DNA of 64,000 nucleotides from Candidatus Aminicenantes bacterium (GTDB lineage: Bacteria; Acidobacteriota; Aminicenantia; Aminicenantales; Aminicenantaceae), in the NCBI GenBank assembly GCA_016783445.1, contig JADHWO010000005.1, positions 1,707 to 65,706 of the forward strand, in the 5' to 3' direction. The notes beneath the pieces were generated by a model. The model worked only from the letters and a program-made list of their open reading frames with translations. It had not been told where the DNA came from and searched no databases. Each line of letters starts with the position of its first letter. Positions within the stretch are counted from its first letter, which is position 1. Both the position numbers and the translations under genes were made by a program. Below are positions 39,711 through 49,072 of the stretch, piece by piece.

Positions 39711-40433
39711 TTAAAGCTTAAAAATACCGGTATTATTTTTCAACCAATCTCTTCGCTTTTGATAATCGGGTAGTGCAATAGAAACAAGCTTCCAAAAATC
39801 AGCGGAGTGATTTTTAATCTTTAAATGGCACAGCTCATGTACAACTATATAATCGACTATGGAAATCGGAGCCATTGAAATCCGCCAGTTAAATCTTAAT
39901 GTGCCATCTTTCGAACAGCTTGCCCAGCGCTTTTTCTGATCTTTTATTATTACCTCTTTTGGAAACAAATCCATCAGCTTACAATAGCGGTTCACTCTTT
40001 GTTTTACAATCTTAAAAGCCCCTGCGATATACCACTTTGTCAAAACTTCTCTAATTATTTCCTTTCTTTTGTTTGAATCCAGATTTCGATCGACAGATAC
40101 GAATATCCTTCTCCCAAACAATTTCGGGACTCTCGAATTTTCTTCCTCCACTATTTTTAATCGGTACCTTCGGCCCAGCAATAAAATTTGCTCTCCACTT
40201 ACAAACTCTCTTTCAGGAAAAAGCATAACCAATCTTTTGAAATGTTCTTGTTTAGCCATAATCCATCTGGCTTTCTTTTCTACGAATGTCCTGATTTTTT
40301 CACGGCTCAAATGACCTGGAGCCAGCACAATAACCTGGGAAGCAGGAGTTACATTGATTGCCAGAGTTTTTTTGCGATTCCCCCTTTTTATTGTGTATGT
40401 TATGCGTCTGTTGCCAAAGGTAATATGGTCCAT
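39711..40433 (-). CDS. M48/SprT-like (YgjP) zinc metallopeptidase commonly following hsdR
   Basis: KRWASCS, FNWR, YIVVHELCH (HExxH), NHSADFW. Confidence 0.88.
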   Translation of the reverse strand: MDHITFGNRRITYTIKRGNRKKTLAINVTPASQVIVLAPGHLSREKIRTFVEKKARWIMAKQEHFKRLVMLFPEREFVSGEQILLLGRRYRLKIVEEENSRVPKLFGRRIFVSVDRNLDSNKRKEIIREVLTKWYIAGAFKIVKQRVNRYCKLMDLFPKEVIIKDQKKRWASCSKDGTLRFNWRISMAPISIVDYIVVHELCHLKIKNHSADFWKLVSIALPDYQKRRDWLKNNTGIFKL

Positions 40434-40434
40434 T

Positions 40435-43400
40435 CTAATCCTTAAGTCTTGCTCTTGCTAATTCCATAATTTCCCGTGTGAAAAAATCCAGCTTGCGGTC
40501 ATGAAAACCAATTTCTCTCAAACGGTCTTTTATCTCTCTTCGCATCTCTTTTTGAATATCTTCTTTCTCACACCAGTCAATAACTCTTTTGTTTTTTATT
40601 ATTTCAACAATCTCCTTGGTCAAAAGACATCTTTTCTCATCCTTTTCACCAAAAAGTTCATCCCTAAAGGATTCCAATAATCCATAAAAAGCAAATTCAT
40701 CAAGCGTTAATCCTTTCTCTTTAGCAAGAACTTCTCTCCCTTTTTCTTGCTTGCTGAGTATAACCAGGTCTTTAAGCAATTCTGCCTCATCCTTTCTCCT
40801 CTGGCTGTCTTCTTCAATAATTGCCTCGAGTTTCTCCTCTAAGGATTCGTAAAAGTGTGGATCTTCTCCAACTTTTGAATGAATCGTTTCACGTATCGCC
40901 TGTTCAATATGGCTCGCTTTAGCCCTCGTACTCACCTTAATATCCAGTTTTTCTTCAAAATCAGGAGCTGTTATCTCTATAGGTTCCAGGATTTTTTCAA
41001 TTCCAGTATCAACAATGTGAGCATGTATGAGTTTTTCAACCTTTCGGCTGCAATTTTCAAGACTCAATCTTTCATCACGATAAAGATTTCTCGCTCCTTC
41101 GCGGACCATCCCCAGAAATTTGAAATCATCCATAAAAGGCTCAACAGTAGGATCAGGCATTAGCATATCCATGCTCTTCGCAAATTCCCGGAATAAAACC
41201 TCAAATTTAGACCTTACATCTTCAGGTTTAAGGATTTCGAGACAATGCTGGAGTACTTCCGCAGGATTCGCCTCCTGGTCAACAGTTTTGAATAATTGCA
41301 TGGCTTTTTGATGAGTCTCTTCCAATGAGGAAATTTCTCTATGCCAGTCATCCACGCTGAATAAACCAACAAGGTCTTCACTGTCAAAAATCGCCAAAGC
41401 TTTTGCCAGGTCCTTTCCAACACCCACATAATCAACGACCAGCCCGAAATTTTTCCTTGGATAAGGCCTGTTTGTTCTGGCAACAGCCTGAAGCAGAGTA
41501 TGTTCTTTCAATCTCTGGTCAAGATACATAACCTGCTCAATGGGTGCATCAAATCCTGTCAGTAACTTATCACAGACTATTAGAAACTTAAGCGGATTTG
41601 ATGGATTGAGAAACACATCTTTTCCCGTAATCCGGTCTTCTTCCTGGGCTGTACGGCGGTATTTATCCTTCCATTCTTTAGGATCATCATTATTAACAGT
41701 CATGACAACTGTAGACCAGGAAGGATCGATAAGCCTATCCAGCGCCTTCTTATACATGTCCGCTGTTTTTCTTTCTGAAGCCACAATTTGGGCTTTGAAT
41801 CCATTGGGCTCAATTTTCTCCCCATAATGATTCACGATATCTATGGCAATTCGCTCTATTCTCCGCGGAGCGCTTAAGATAGTATCAACTGTTGCATACC
41901 GCCTTTTTATTTCAGCCAGTTCCTTTGTAGTTTTTTCTGGAAAAAGCTCTTTGAGCAGCCTGTCAATCGAAGCTCCCACCACCTGAAGATTGGCAAGCCG
42001 GCTTTCATATTTAATCGGAACAGTGGCTTCATCCTCCAGGGATTGTCGCATATCATACCTGTCCAGATATTTTTTACCGGGAGGACTGAAATGCCGGTAA
42101 GTGTTCCTGTCTCTTTTATCAAGCGGAGTTCCGGTAAAAGCAAAAAAACTTGCATTGGGAAAGGCCTTTCTTAAGTTCAGAGCGTAAAAGCCATACTGTG
42201 TTCTATGCGCCTCGTCCGTCAGAATGATTATGTTTTCAGCCTCGGATAAAGGTTTTGCAAGAAGCTTGCGGAATTTCTGAACGGTCGTCATAACTGTAAT
42301 TCCAATTCCAACGGTCAGCAGGCCGAAGAGTTCTGGGTGAGCCATCATCTCAGCCTGTATAGGATTGGGGAAACCGCAGTTTATAAAAGTTTCATTTATC
42401 TGGCGGTTCAATTTCTTCCTGTCTGTGACAATAAGAATGATGGGGTTTTTTAATTTCTCCTGCTCTCTTCTTAATTCCAATGCAGAAAAAAGCATAATCA
42501 GAGACTTGCCCGATCCCTGCCAGTGCCATATGATCCCTCTTTTATCAGGTCCGCTTTTTACACATCTAACGATTTTATTAACTGCGGAATACTGCTGATA
42601 ACGGCATATTTTTTTTACGACTTTGTGCTCTTCCTTGCTGTAGTCAAAAACAATAAAATTTTGAATAATATCCAGTAGATTTGGCTTTCTTAAAAGCCCG
42701 GCAAGCAAGACTTCCTGCATAGGGGGATGATCGATAATATCTTCTTCATCAATCAACCCCATCTCCAGCATCTCTTTAACTGAGAGATGTTCAGCCATGT
42801 TGGGAAACTTGTTATTACCGGGATCCTTCCACTCATGATAATGTCCTGCTGATACATCAATGCATCCATATTTGGCTCCAAAAAGATTGCAGTCGATGAT
42901 AATCTCGTTTGTTCGAAATAGCTGAGGGATTTCTTCCTGGTAGCGGATGAGTTGTTCCTGGGCTTTTAGAACACCGGTTCGTTTCGCGACCTGGCTTTTA
43001 CATTCAATAACAACCAAGGGAAGACCGTTTATAAAAATAACAATATCCGGCCTGTCTGTCGTTTTATGCTTTCTGACCCAGAATTGATTAACCACTAAGA
43101 ACTCGTTATTCTCGATGTTTTCAAAATCTATGAAATTGACAGTTTGTTTTTGCCGTCTAGCACCAATGTCCTGGTCAACGGAAATGCCGGAAATAATACA
43201 GTTGTGAAAAATTCGGTTAGCTTCAAGCGTGTTTTCAGCTTGAATATGCGTGATTCTCTGGATGGCTTTTATTATAGAATCCTCTGTAAGATGAGGATTA
43301 ATTTTAGCCAATGCCTTTTTGAGACGTTCCTCTAAAATGACATCTCTTCGGGATTTTCGCTCGCAATCATCTTTAAGATCAGGGTCAAACTGGTCCCCAT

Positions 43401-43485
43401 GGATATATTTGTATCCAAGACGCCTTAGCTGCTCAATGGCGGGCTTTTCGGATAATGTGTCTTCGTTGAATTTTTCCCCTGACAT
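40435..43485 (-). CDS. hsdR: Type I restriction enzyme R subunit
   Basis: PDIVIFINGLPLVVIECK nuclease motif, WQGSGKS, DEAH, FTGTP, LLTGFDAP, QAVARTNR. Confidence 0.95.
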   Translation of the reverse strand: MSGEKFNEDTLSEKPAIEQLRRLGYKYIHGDQFDPDLKDDCERKSRRDVILEERLKKALAKINPHLTEDSIIKAIQRITHIQAENTLEANRIFHNCIISGISVDQDIGARRQKQTVNFIDFENIENNEFLVVNQFWVRKHKTTDRPDIVIFINGLPLVVIECKSQVAKRTGVLKAQEQLIRYQEEIPQLFRTNEIIIDCNLFGAKYGCIDVSAGHYHEWKDPGNNKFPNMAEHLSVKEMLEMGLIDEEDIIDHPPMQEVLLAGLLRKPNLLDIIQNFIVFDYSKEEHKVVKKICRYQQYSAVNKIVRCVKSGPDKRGIIWHWQGSGKSLIMLFSALELRREQEKLKNPIILIVTDRKKLNRQINETFINCGFPNPIQAEMMAHPELFGLLTVGIGITVMTTVQKFRKLLAKPLSEAENIIILTDEAHRTQYGFYALNLRKAFPNASFFAFTGTPLDKRDRNTYRHFSPPGKKYLDRYDMRQSLEDEATVPIKYESRLANLQVVGASIDRLLKELFPEKTTKELAEIKRRYATVDTILSAPRRIERIAIDIVNHYGEKIEPNGFKAQIVASERKTADMYKKALDRLIDPSWSTVVMTVNNDDPKEWKDKYRRTAQEEDRITGKDVFLNPSNPLKFLIVCDKLLTGFDAPIEQVMYLDQRLKEHTLLQAVARTNRPYPRKNFGLVVDYVGVGKDLAKALAIFDSEDLVGLFSVDDWHREISSLEETHQKAMQLFKTVDQEANPAEVLQHCLEILKPEDVRSKFEVLFREFAKSMDMLMPDPTVEPFMDDFKFLGMVREGARNLYRDERLSLENCSRKVEKLIHAHIVDTGIEKILEPIEITAPDFEEKLDIKVSTRAKASHIEQAIRETIHSKVGEDPHFYESLEEKLEAIIEEDSQRRKDEAELLKDLVILSKQEKGREVLAKEKGLTLDEFAFYGLLESFRDELFGEKDEKRCLLTKEIVEIIKNKRVIDWCEKEDIQKEMRREIKDRLREIGFHDRKLDFFTREIMELARARLKD

Positions 43486-43498
43486 TCAACCAGTCCCT

Positions 43499-44800
43499 TT
43501 ATATTTTTACCCTGATTTTACCAGTTAACAAAACCTGCATCAAACCTTTCTTTATATTCTCTATTTTTTCTTTTTGCACTATTTCCTTCTCTACTTCTTC
43601 ATCCACAGATTTTAATATCTCTGCAATCTTTTTTTGTTCGGGAAGAGTTGGGAGTGGAACCTTTATTCTTGAAAGTGATGACGCATTAACTCCCCCCTGG
43701 GCACTACCCCCAATCTTCTCCTCTATTTGTTTCCAGTAAATAAAAGAATTAAAAACAAGGTAAAGAAAATTTGGGTTTATTCTTTCTTTGGTTACTACTC
43801 TAATAAGATAGGACGCAAAGACCGCTTCTGGACATTTTTTTATAATGTAACTTTTTCCTGTAGTTGCACCTGTTCTTGCAAATAAAATATCTCCTGACTT
43901 AAGAATGTATTTCTCTTTTATTGAATTCGGACAATTACAAAATGGAACACTTTCCCAGTTCACTCTTCCATCGTGAATATCTGATATTCGTAAAAATTTC
44001 GGTCCAATTGGCTTTTCAGTCGCACTCTCAGTATAACCATATTCAGGCCTTTCACATACATCTTCAACTTTATCAACTTCCCAATCTACAGGAATTTCGC
44101 CTATTTCTGTATTTTTGAATTTTTTATGTCCTATTCCGTGAGTAAGCAATTCCTGCATCAGGCCTTTTTTAAGCATCTTTGTTTTTCCAATGATCTCTTG
44201 CTTTTTGTCAATTGCTTCATCGACAGATAATAAAATTTCCGCAATCCTTTTTTGTTCAGGTAGAGGAGGAATAGGAATTTTCAATTCTCGTATATTCTTT
44301 TTCGATACTTCATTAAAAGTACTACCGCTTCCGAGTCTTTGAATTTCTTTGCGCATATATTTAATTCTATAAAACACAAACCAATTGTAGATTTCATCCC
44401 TACAAATCAAACTCGCAAAACCCTGATTTGTTGCCATCGGTTTTGAATTTATTGCACATTCTCCTATAGTTGCTCGGCTTGTTAGAAGAATACTACCAAC
44501 AGGCAAAATTCTAGCTGCACAATTTGACAATCCTTTCTCAGTAATAGCTTTCTCTGTATCAGAAATAATATTTCCTTTGAGTTTGGTTATATCGGTGGGG
44601 ATTGCCCAATGAATATCACCGTTCCAAAATTCCTTTACAATAGTAGAAGGAGTACTTCCCCCTACAACTTCACAAGTATCCCTAATTTTTGCTACTTCCC
44701 AATCTACAGGAATTTTACCTATTTCTGTTTTTTTGAATTTATATTCGGTTCGTAGACTCTCTACCCGTCCCATCTTTTTCTCTCTATTTCTCTCCACCAA
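43499..44800 (-). CDS. hsdS: Type I R-M specificity subunit
   Basis: Two TRDs, each preceded by TEIGxIPVDWEV and followed by PxLPEQKxIAEIL. Confidence 0.93.
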   Translation of the reverse strand: MVERNREKKMGRVESLRTEYKFKKTEIGKIPVDWEVAKIRDTCEVVGGSTPSTIVKEFWNGDIHWAIPTDITKLKGNIISDTEKAITEKGLSNCAARILPVGSILLTSRATIGECAINSKPMATNQGFASLICRDEIYNWFVFYRIKYMRKEIQRLGSGSTFNEVSKKNIRELKIPIPPLPEQKRIAEILLSVDEAIDKKQEIIGKTKMLKKGLMQELLTHGIGHKKFKNTEIGEIPVDWEVDKVEDVCERPEYGYTESATEKPIGPKFLRISDIHDGRVNWESVPFCNCPNSIKEKYILKSGDILFARTGATTGKSYIIKKCPEAVFASYLIRVVTKERINPNFLYLVFNSFIYWKQIEEKIGGSAQGGVNASSLSRIKVPLPTLPEQKKIAEILKSVDEEVEKEIVQKEKIENIKKGLMQVLLTGKIRVKI

Positions 44801-45830
44801 TTCTTAACACTTTAGCAATAAATTTCTGGAATTCCTCTTCATACATATCTGGGCTTATTCCTTCACCTGGTACAGCAGGCAAATCCAGACCACTCTTTGA
44901 AAATTCAAGGCTTATAGTTTCCATAGCTTCGCGCAGCTTAGAACTTCGCAGATAATCTGAAACAACTTGTTCAACTTCATTTAGGATATCCCTGACTTTA
45001 TTCAATGCAGAAAACAGCGAAATCCAATCAAGCCACACAGGCAATTTTTGTTCATCTGAGTCCGCTCCTAAAAGAAACTCTCCCCATTTTTTTTGAGATA
45101 GCCAGTATTCGATTTTTCGCTTCCCTTTGATTCTGGTCATTACTAATCCAGAATCTGAAAGCTCAATTAAGGCATCCTGCACAGCCCTTACAGAAATTCC
45201 GATTGCGTCAGCCACTTCAGCAGGATGGCCAGCTTCATGAGTAAGAAGATAAAGGATGCATTCTGAGCGGGAACCTATCCCAAAAAGGGCCCTAAGTAAA
45301 AACCGCATATTGTTTCTTGCTGCAACAGATACAGGCCTTGACATTTTTCGTAATGAAAAATTTTCCCGTAAGAATCCATACTTATTAAATGGTTCTGATA
45401 TTTCTCCAGGTCTGGGGAAAAGCTCTCCTTCCCTGGTAGTAAACAGCATTTCTTCCTTAACTCTTGAATCAGATGCTTTCAATCCAGCTAATGCCTGCCA
45501 TTTTCTTCTGTAGGACTTGGCCTCCTGGGATAAAAAATAAGCAACCGCACTCATCAGACGTTGTGTTTTCTCATCTTTACTTTTTACTATCCCCCGAAGG
45601 CGCTGAATATCTATCCATCTTCCATTAACCACCAGCCAATCCAAAATCTCATCAAAAAGACGGGGCTCATATCTACTTATTTCAATCGAGAATAGGAGAA
45701 GAGCTTCAGGATCGATAACCCATTCGTCCTCAGATCTTGCACCACCGGCAACTCCCAAAGAAGACCACTGCCTCCAAAGAAAATTTAAAATATTCTCTAA
45801 GAAAAAATGCTTAAATTCTTTCTGCGACAT
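44784..45830 (-). CDS. Hypothetical protein with central winged HTH (putative antitoxin/regulator)
   Basis: ILYLLTHEAGHPAEVADAIGISVRAVQDALIELSDSGLV is ArsR/MarR-like; overlaps both neighbours. Confidence 0.6.
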   Translation of the reverse strand: MSQKEFKHFFLENILNFLWRQWSSLGVAGGARSEDEWVIDPEALLLFSIEISRYEPRLFDEILDWLVVNGRWIDIQRLRGIVKSKDEKTQRLMSAVAYFLSQEAKSYRRKWQALAGLKASDSRVKEEMLFTTREGELFPRPGEISEPFNKYGFLRENFSLRKMSRPVSVAARNNMRFLLRALFGIGSRSECILYLLTHEAGHPAEVADAIGISVRAVQDALIELSDSGLVMTRIKGKRKIEYWLSQKKWGEFLLGADSDEQKLPVWLDWISLFSALNKVRDILNEVEQVVSDYLRSSKLREAMETISLEFSKSGLDLPAVPGEGISPDMYEEEFQKFIAKVLRIGGEK

Positions 45831-46413
45831 CTTTATATCCTATTTTTGAAAGGAACTCCTTAAGGACTTCTTTATACGGATCCGAAGGATCATGGGTCAT
45901 GCTCCAGCGTGCTGCATCTTCCAGTTCTTGTGCTGAAGGTTGTAGGCTCATTAAGTCGTCAAAATGGACATCAGGCCGGCCTCGATCAACGGCGGCAAAA
46001 AGCTTAAAATGAATCTGGTCATAGCGGCCTAGAAAATGAATGATAAGACTTCTTCCATAAATACGGGTCTCTACTCTCTTCATAAGTCCCTCAGGCAAGC
46101 CAAAATCTAAAACCGATGCATGGTCTGTGTTAAGCCAATTCTCCGGCAGATTAAAATCTCTCTGCACTCTTTTGGCTGCTGCCATAATTGCAGGATTTAG
46201 AGGACTCACTTTTGTTAATAAAGCCGCACCATTTTTATCTCTCTCAACAAACGCAACAACATCCATATCTTTAGTAATACGCTGGACACAGCCGATCACG
46301 TTTAAAGCAGCACCTCCACATACAACCATTTCAATTCGTCCTGTTCCCTCTACATCAAGCTGTTCAGAAAGTGCCATCAGAACAGTTTCTATTTCTTTTT
46401 TCCCTTTAAACAT
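45811..46413 (-). CDS. DUF6036-like nucleotidyltransferase (putative toxin)
   Basis: VVCGGAAL...RITKDMDV pol-beta-superfamily motif, NWLN, KLFAA..R...D..D. Confidence 0.7.
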   Translation of the reverse strand: MFKGKKEIETVLMALSEQLDVEGTGRIEMVVCGGAALNVIGCVQRITKDMDVVAFVERDKNGAALLTKVSPLNPAIMAAAKRVQRDFNLPENWLNTDHASVLDFGLPEGLMKRVETRIYGRSLIIHFLGRYDQIHFKLFAAVDRGRPDVHFDDLMSLQPSAQELEDAARWSMTHDPSDPYKEVLKEFLSKIGYKDVAERI

Positions 46414-46415
46414 GG

Positions 46416-47903
46416 TTATGCCTTAAAATTTAGCTCTCTCAAATAATTAAGAACTTTATCCTCTGTTTTCTTGAATCCTTTCTTTAACTCATTCAATTCA
46501 TTTATGGTTTTCTGGATATCGATTTTTTCCTCTTCTTCTGTAGTATCAATATAACGGGTTATATTAAGATTGAAATCATTTTGCTGAATTTCATTCACAG
46601 ATACAGGACGACAATATTTCTCAATCGTCTGGTATTCTCTGAATGCTAAGACCATCTTTTCAATATCTTCATCCCGTAATTTATTCTGCTTCTTCCCTTC
46701 TTGATAATCACCAGCACCATAAAGAAAGAACACTTTTCCTTTTCTTTCTTTGGACTTATTTTTATTCAAGATGAACAAGCAGGCTGGAATGCCAGTTCCA
46801 TAAAACAATTTTGGCGGCAATCCTATAATAGCTTCAAGCATATCTTCTCCGATTATCCCTCTTCTTATTCTCTCTTCTGCTCCTCCTCGGAACAATGCGC
46901 CATGCGGTAGAACAACTCCGACTTTTCCGTTTGCATGGATAGTAGCAAGCATGTGCTGGACAAAGGCAAAATCGGCATATCCTTTCGGAGGAATGCCGAA
47001 CCGGAATCTACTATAAGGGTCATTCTGAGCATTTTCATATCCCCAATTCTTTAAAGAAAAGGGTGGATTAGCAATGACAGTATCAAATTGCATCAATTTC
47101 CCATGAGATAGCAATTGAGGATCCCGTAAAGTATCGCATCTTTTGATTTGAGCGCTTTTTAAGCCGTGAAGGAGCAGATTCATCTTACAAATCGCCCATG
47201 TTCCTACATTTATTTCATGCCCATAAAGCGAAATATTTTTAGGATTTTGTTTGTTTTCTTTTAAATACTGAACAGATTGAATCAACATGCCGCCTGAGCC
47301 GCAGGCAGGATCACAGATTCTCATCCCCTCTTTTGGATCTAAAATTTTAACTAATAACTCGACAACCTCCTTAGGCGTATAAAATTCTCCTCCTTTTTTC
47401 CCGGCACTTGAAGCGAATTGAGCTATAAGATATTCATAGGCATCACCCAGGATATCCGGCTTTTCTAAATCCCTATTGCCCAGTCTGATTTTAGAGAAAT
47501 GGTTAATCAATTGAGAAAGAATATGATCAGGCAATCTGTCTTTATCATTAAAATCAACAGCAGACAGCACCCCTTCTAAACTTTCTGGATTTTCTTCTTC
47601 CAATAAGTCGTTGGCCTTGTTAATAGCCTCACCAATATTATGTGTTAATGATTTGAGATGATTCCATGCAGCTTTTTTTGGGACAAAAAAATCGTGATAA
47701 TCCCGATCTTCATATGCAATCTTCTTATCGCCGGTTTCTCTTACTATTTTCTCCGCTTCCTCTTTAAAAACATCGGAGATTCTTTTCAAGAAAAGAAGGC
47801 CAAAAATATAATTCTTATAGTCTGCTGCATCAATATGGCCTCTTAAAATATCCGCAGATTTCCAAAGATGGGTTTTTAATACTTCCAAATTAAGTTTTTC
47901 CAT
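46416..47903 (-). CDS. hsdM: Type I R-M N6-adenine methyltransferase M subunit
   Basis: LWKSADILRG, GEFYTP, DPACGSGGML, NPPF, LPHGALFRG. Confidence 0.95.
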   Translation of the reverse strand: MEKLNLEVLKTHLWKSADILRGHIDAADYKNYIFGLLFLKRISDVFKEEAEKIVRETGDKKIAYEDRDYHDFFVPKKAAWNHLKSLTHNIGEAINKANDLLEEENPESLEGVLSAVDFNDKDRLPDHILSQLINHFSKIRLGNRDLEKPDILGDAYEYLIAQFASSAGKKGGEFYTPKEVVELLVKILDPKEGMRICDPACGSGGMLIQSVQYLKENKQNPKNISLYGHEINVGTWAICKMNLLLHGLKSAQIKRCDTLRDPQLLSHGKLMQFDTVIANPPFSLKNWGYENAQNDPYSRFRFGIPPKGYADFAFVQHMLATIHANGKVGVVLPHGALFRGGAEERIRRGIIGEDMLEAIIGLPPKLFYGTGIPACLFILNKNKSKERKGKVFFLYGAGDYQEGKKQNKLRDEDIEKMVLAFREYQTIEKYCRPVSVNEIQQNDFNLNITRYIDTTEEEEKIDIQKTINELNELKKGFKKTEDKVLNYLRELNFKA

Positions 47904-47953
47904 AACCTCAAACCTTTTTGATACTATTCAGCTTATTTATTAAACTCTGTGAA

Positions 47954-47982
47954 AGAATATATAATAAATATATAATTGTCAA
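47954..47982 (-). promoter_or_regulatory. Putative sigma70 promoter of the hsdM operon
   Basis: Minus strand TTGACA-17 bp-TATTCT. Confidence 0.55.
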
Positions 47983-48047
47983 GTATTTTATTTAAATTTA
48001 TAGTTTATCTACAATTATTATAGAGTTAAACTACATAAATTATGAAA

Positions 48048-48758
48048 TTAAACTGTGTCAAATAACCCTTTGCTTTTCAAGCTGATATGTCCTTGAGAAG
48101 TAATTACAATGTGATCTAAGGGAGTTATGTCAACGGCTTTGCATGCTGAAATAAGCCTCTTGGTTATATCAATATCAAACTGGCTTGGTTTCCTGCTTCC
48201 AGAAGGATGATTATGTACAAAAATGACTGCAGTCGCATCTTTATTTATTGCGCTTTTTATTACTTCTCTGGGATAAATGGGAGCTTGATCTACAGTACCT
48301 CTGACAATAGTTTCAACTTCCAAGATTCTATTAGATCTGTCCAAATAAACAACTTTGAAAAACTCTTCTTTTAGATCTCTCATAGATAAAGAAAGATAAT
48401 CCAGAACATCTTTATCATTTTCTATATATTCCTTCCCTGCTATCTTTTCTTTAAGCTGACGTTTAGTGATTTCTATGGCAGCCAAAAGCTGAGCTATTTT
48501 TGCACAACCTAAACCTTTAATTTTCTCCAGATCTGATTTTTTTGCACTCAGCAATCCTCTCAGGCCCCCAAAATACTCTATCAGGTCTCTTGCTAAGGAT
48601 ACTGCATCTTTTCCTTTTGTGCCGGAACACAATAAAATCGCAATCAATCCGGCATCAGAAACATAATCAGGGCCTTTCTCTAAAAACAATTCTCTCGGCC
48701 TCTCATATTTCGGCCAAAATTTTATAGATCTCATTTTCTTTTCCTTTTCGGTAATCAT
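48048..48758 (-). CDS. radC: RadC family JAB-domain protein
   Basis: ERPRE, HhH KIKGLG.AK, YPREV, HNHPSG..PS..D, LDHIV. Confidence 0.92.
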   Translation of the reverse strand: MITEKEKKMRSIKFWPKYERPRELFLEKGPDYVSDAGLIAILLCSGTKGKDAVSLARDLIEYFGGLRGLLSAKKSDLEKIKGLGCAKIAQLLAAIEITKRQLKEKIAGKEYIENDKDVLDYLSLSMRDLKEEFFKVVYLDRSNRILEVETIVRGTVDQAPIYPREVIKSAINKDATAVIFVHNHPSGSRKPSQFDIDITKRLISACKAVDITPLDHIVITSQGHISLKSKGLFDTV

Positions 48759-48941
48759 TATTTACTCTTCAAGAATGACGCCAAAATATAAATAAATTCT
48801 CTTAGGTTTTGAATTGTCCTGTTTTTAATTAGTTCCATATAAGTCTGGAGCATTCAATTGAAATTTTAAATTTAAATAAATTTTGGCGTCGCACGCTGCC
48901 AGGTATTCAGAAAAGATATTTTTTTCAGAGTGCTACTTCAT

Positions 48942-49072
48942 TATAATTTTTCCTGATGCAAGAAAAATCGTCTGAAGCCTTGTTCATACATACAAATCTG
49001 CTATAATTAAAAACCAATCATGCTTAAATTAAAAACTTTCTTAAAAGAAAAAATATATAAGAGCTTAAAAAA
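48942..49072 (+). repeat. Right 131-bp direct repeat, providing the promoter and start of intact argS
   Basis: Identical by eye to 38066-38196. Confidence 0.92.

Larger units (their letters stand above)
38066..49072. mobile_element. Putative defence island inserted at the 5' end of argS, no integrase seen
   Basis: Bounded by 131-bp direct repeats 10,876 bp apart; cargo is GHKL ATPase, M48 peptidase, type I R-M, NTase/wHTH pair and radC. Confidence 0.8.

Noticed and set aside
38197-48941. Island as a prophage, ICE or integron
   Set aside because: No integrase, relaxase, phage structural genes or attC-type sites recognised
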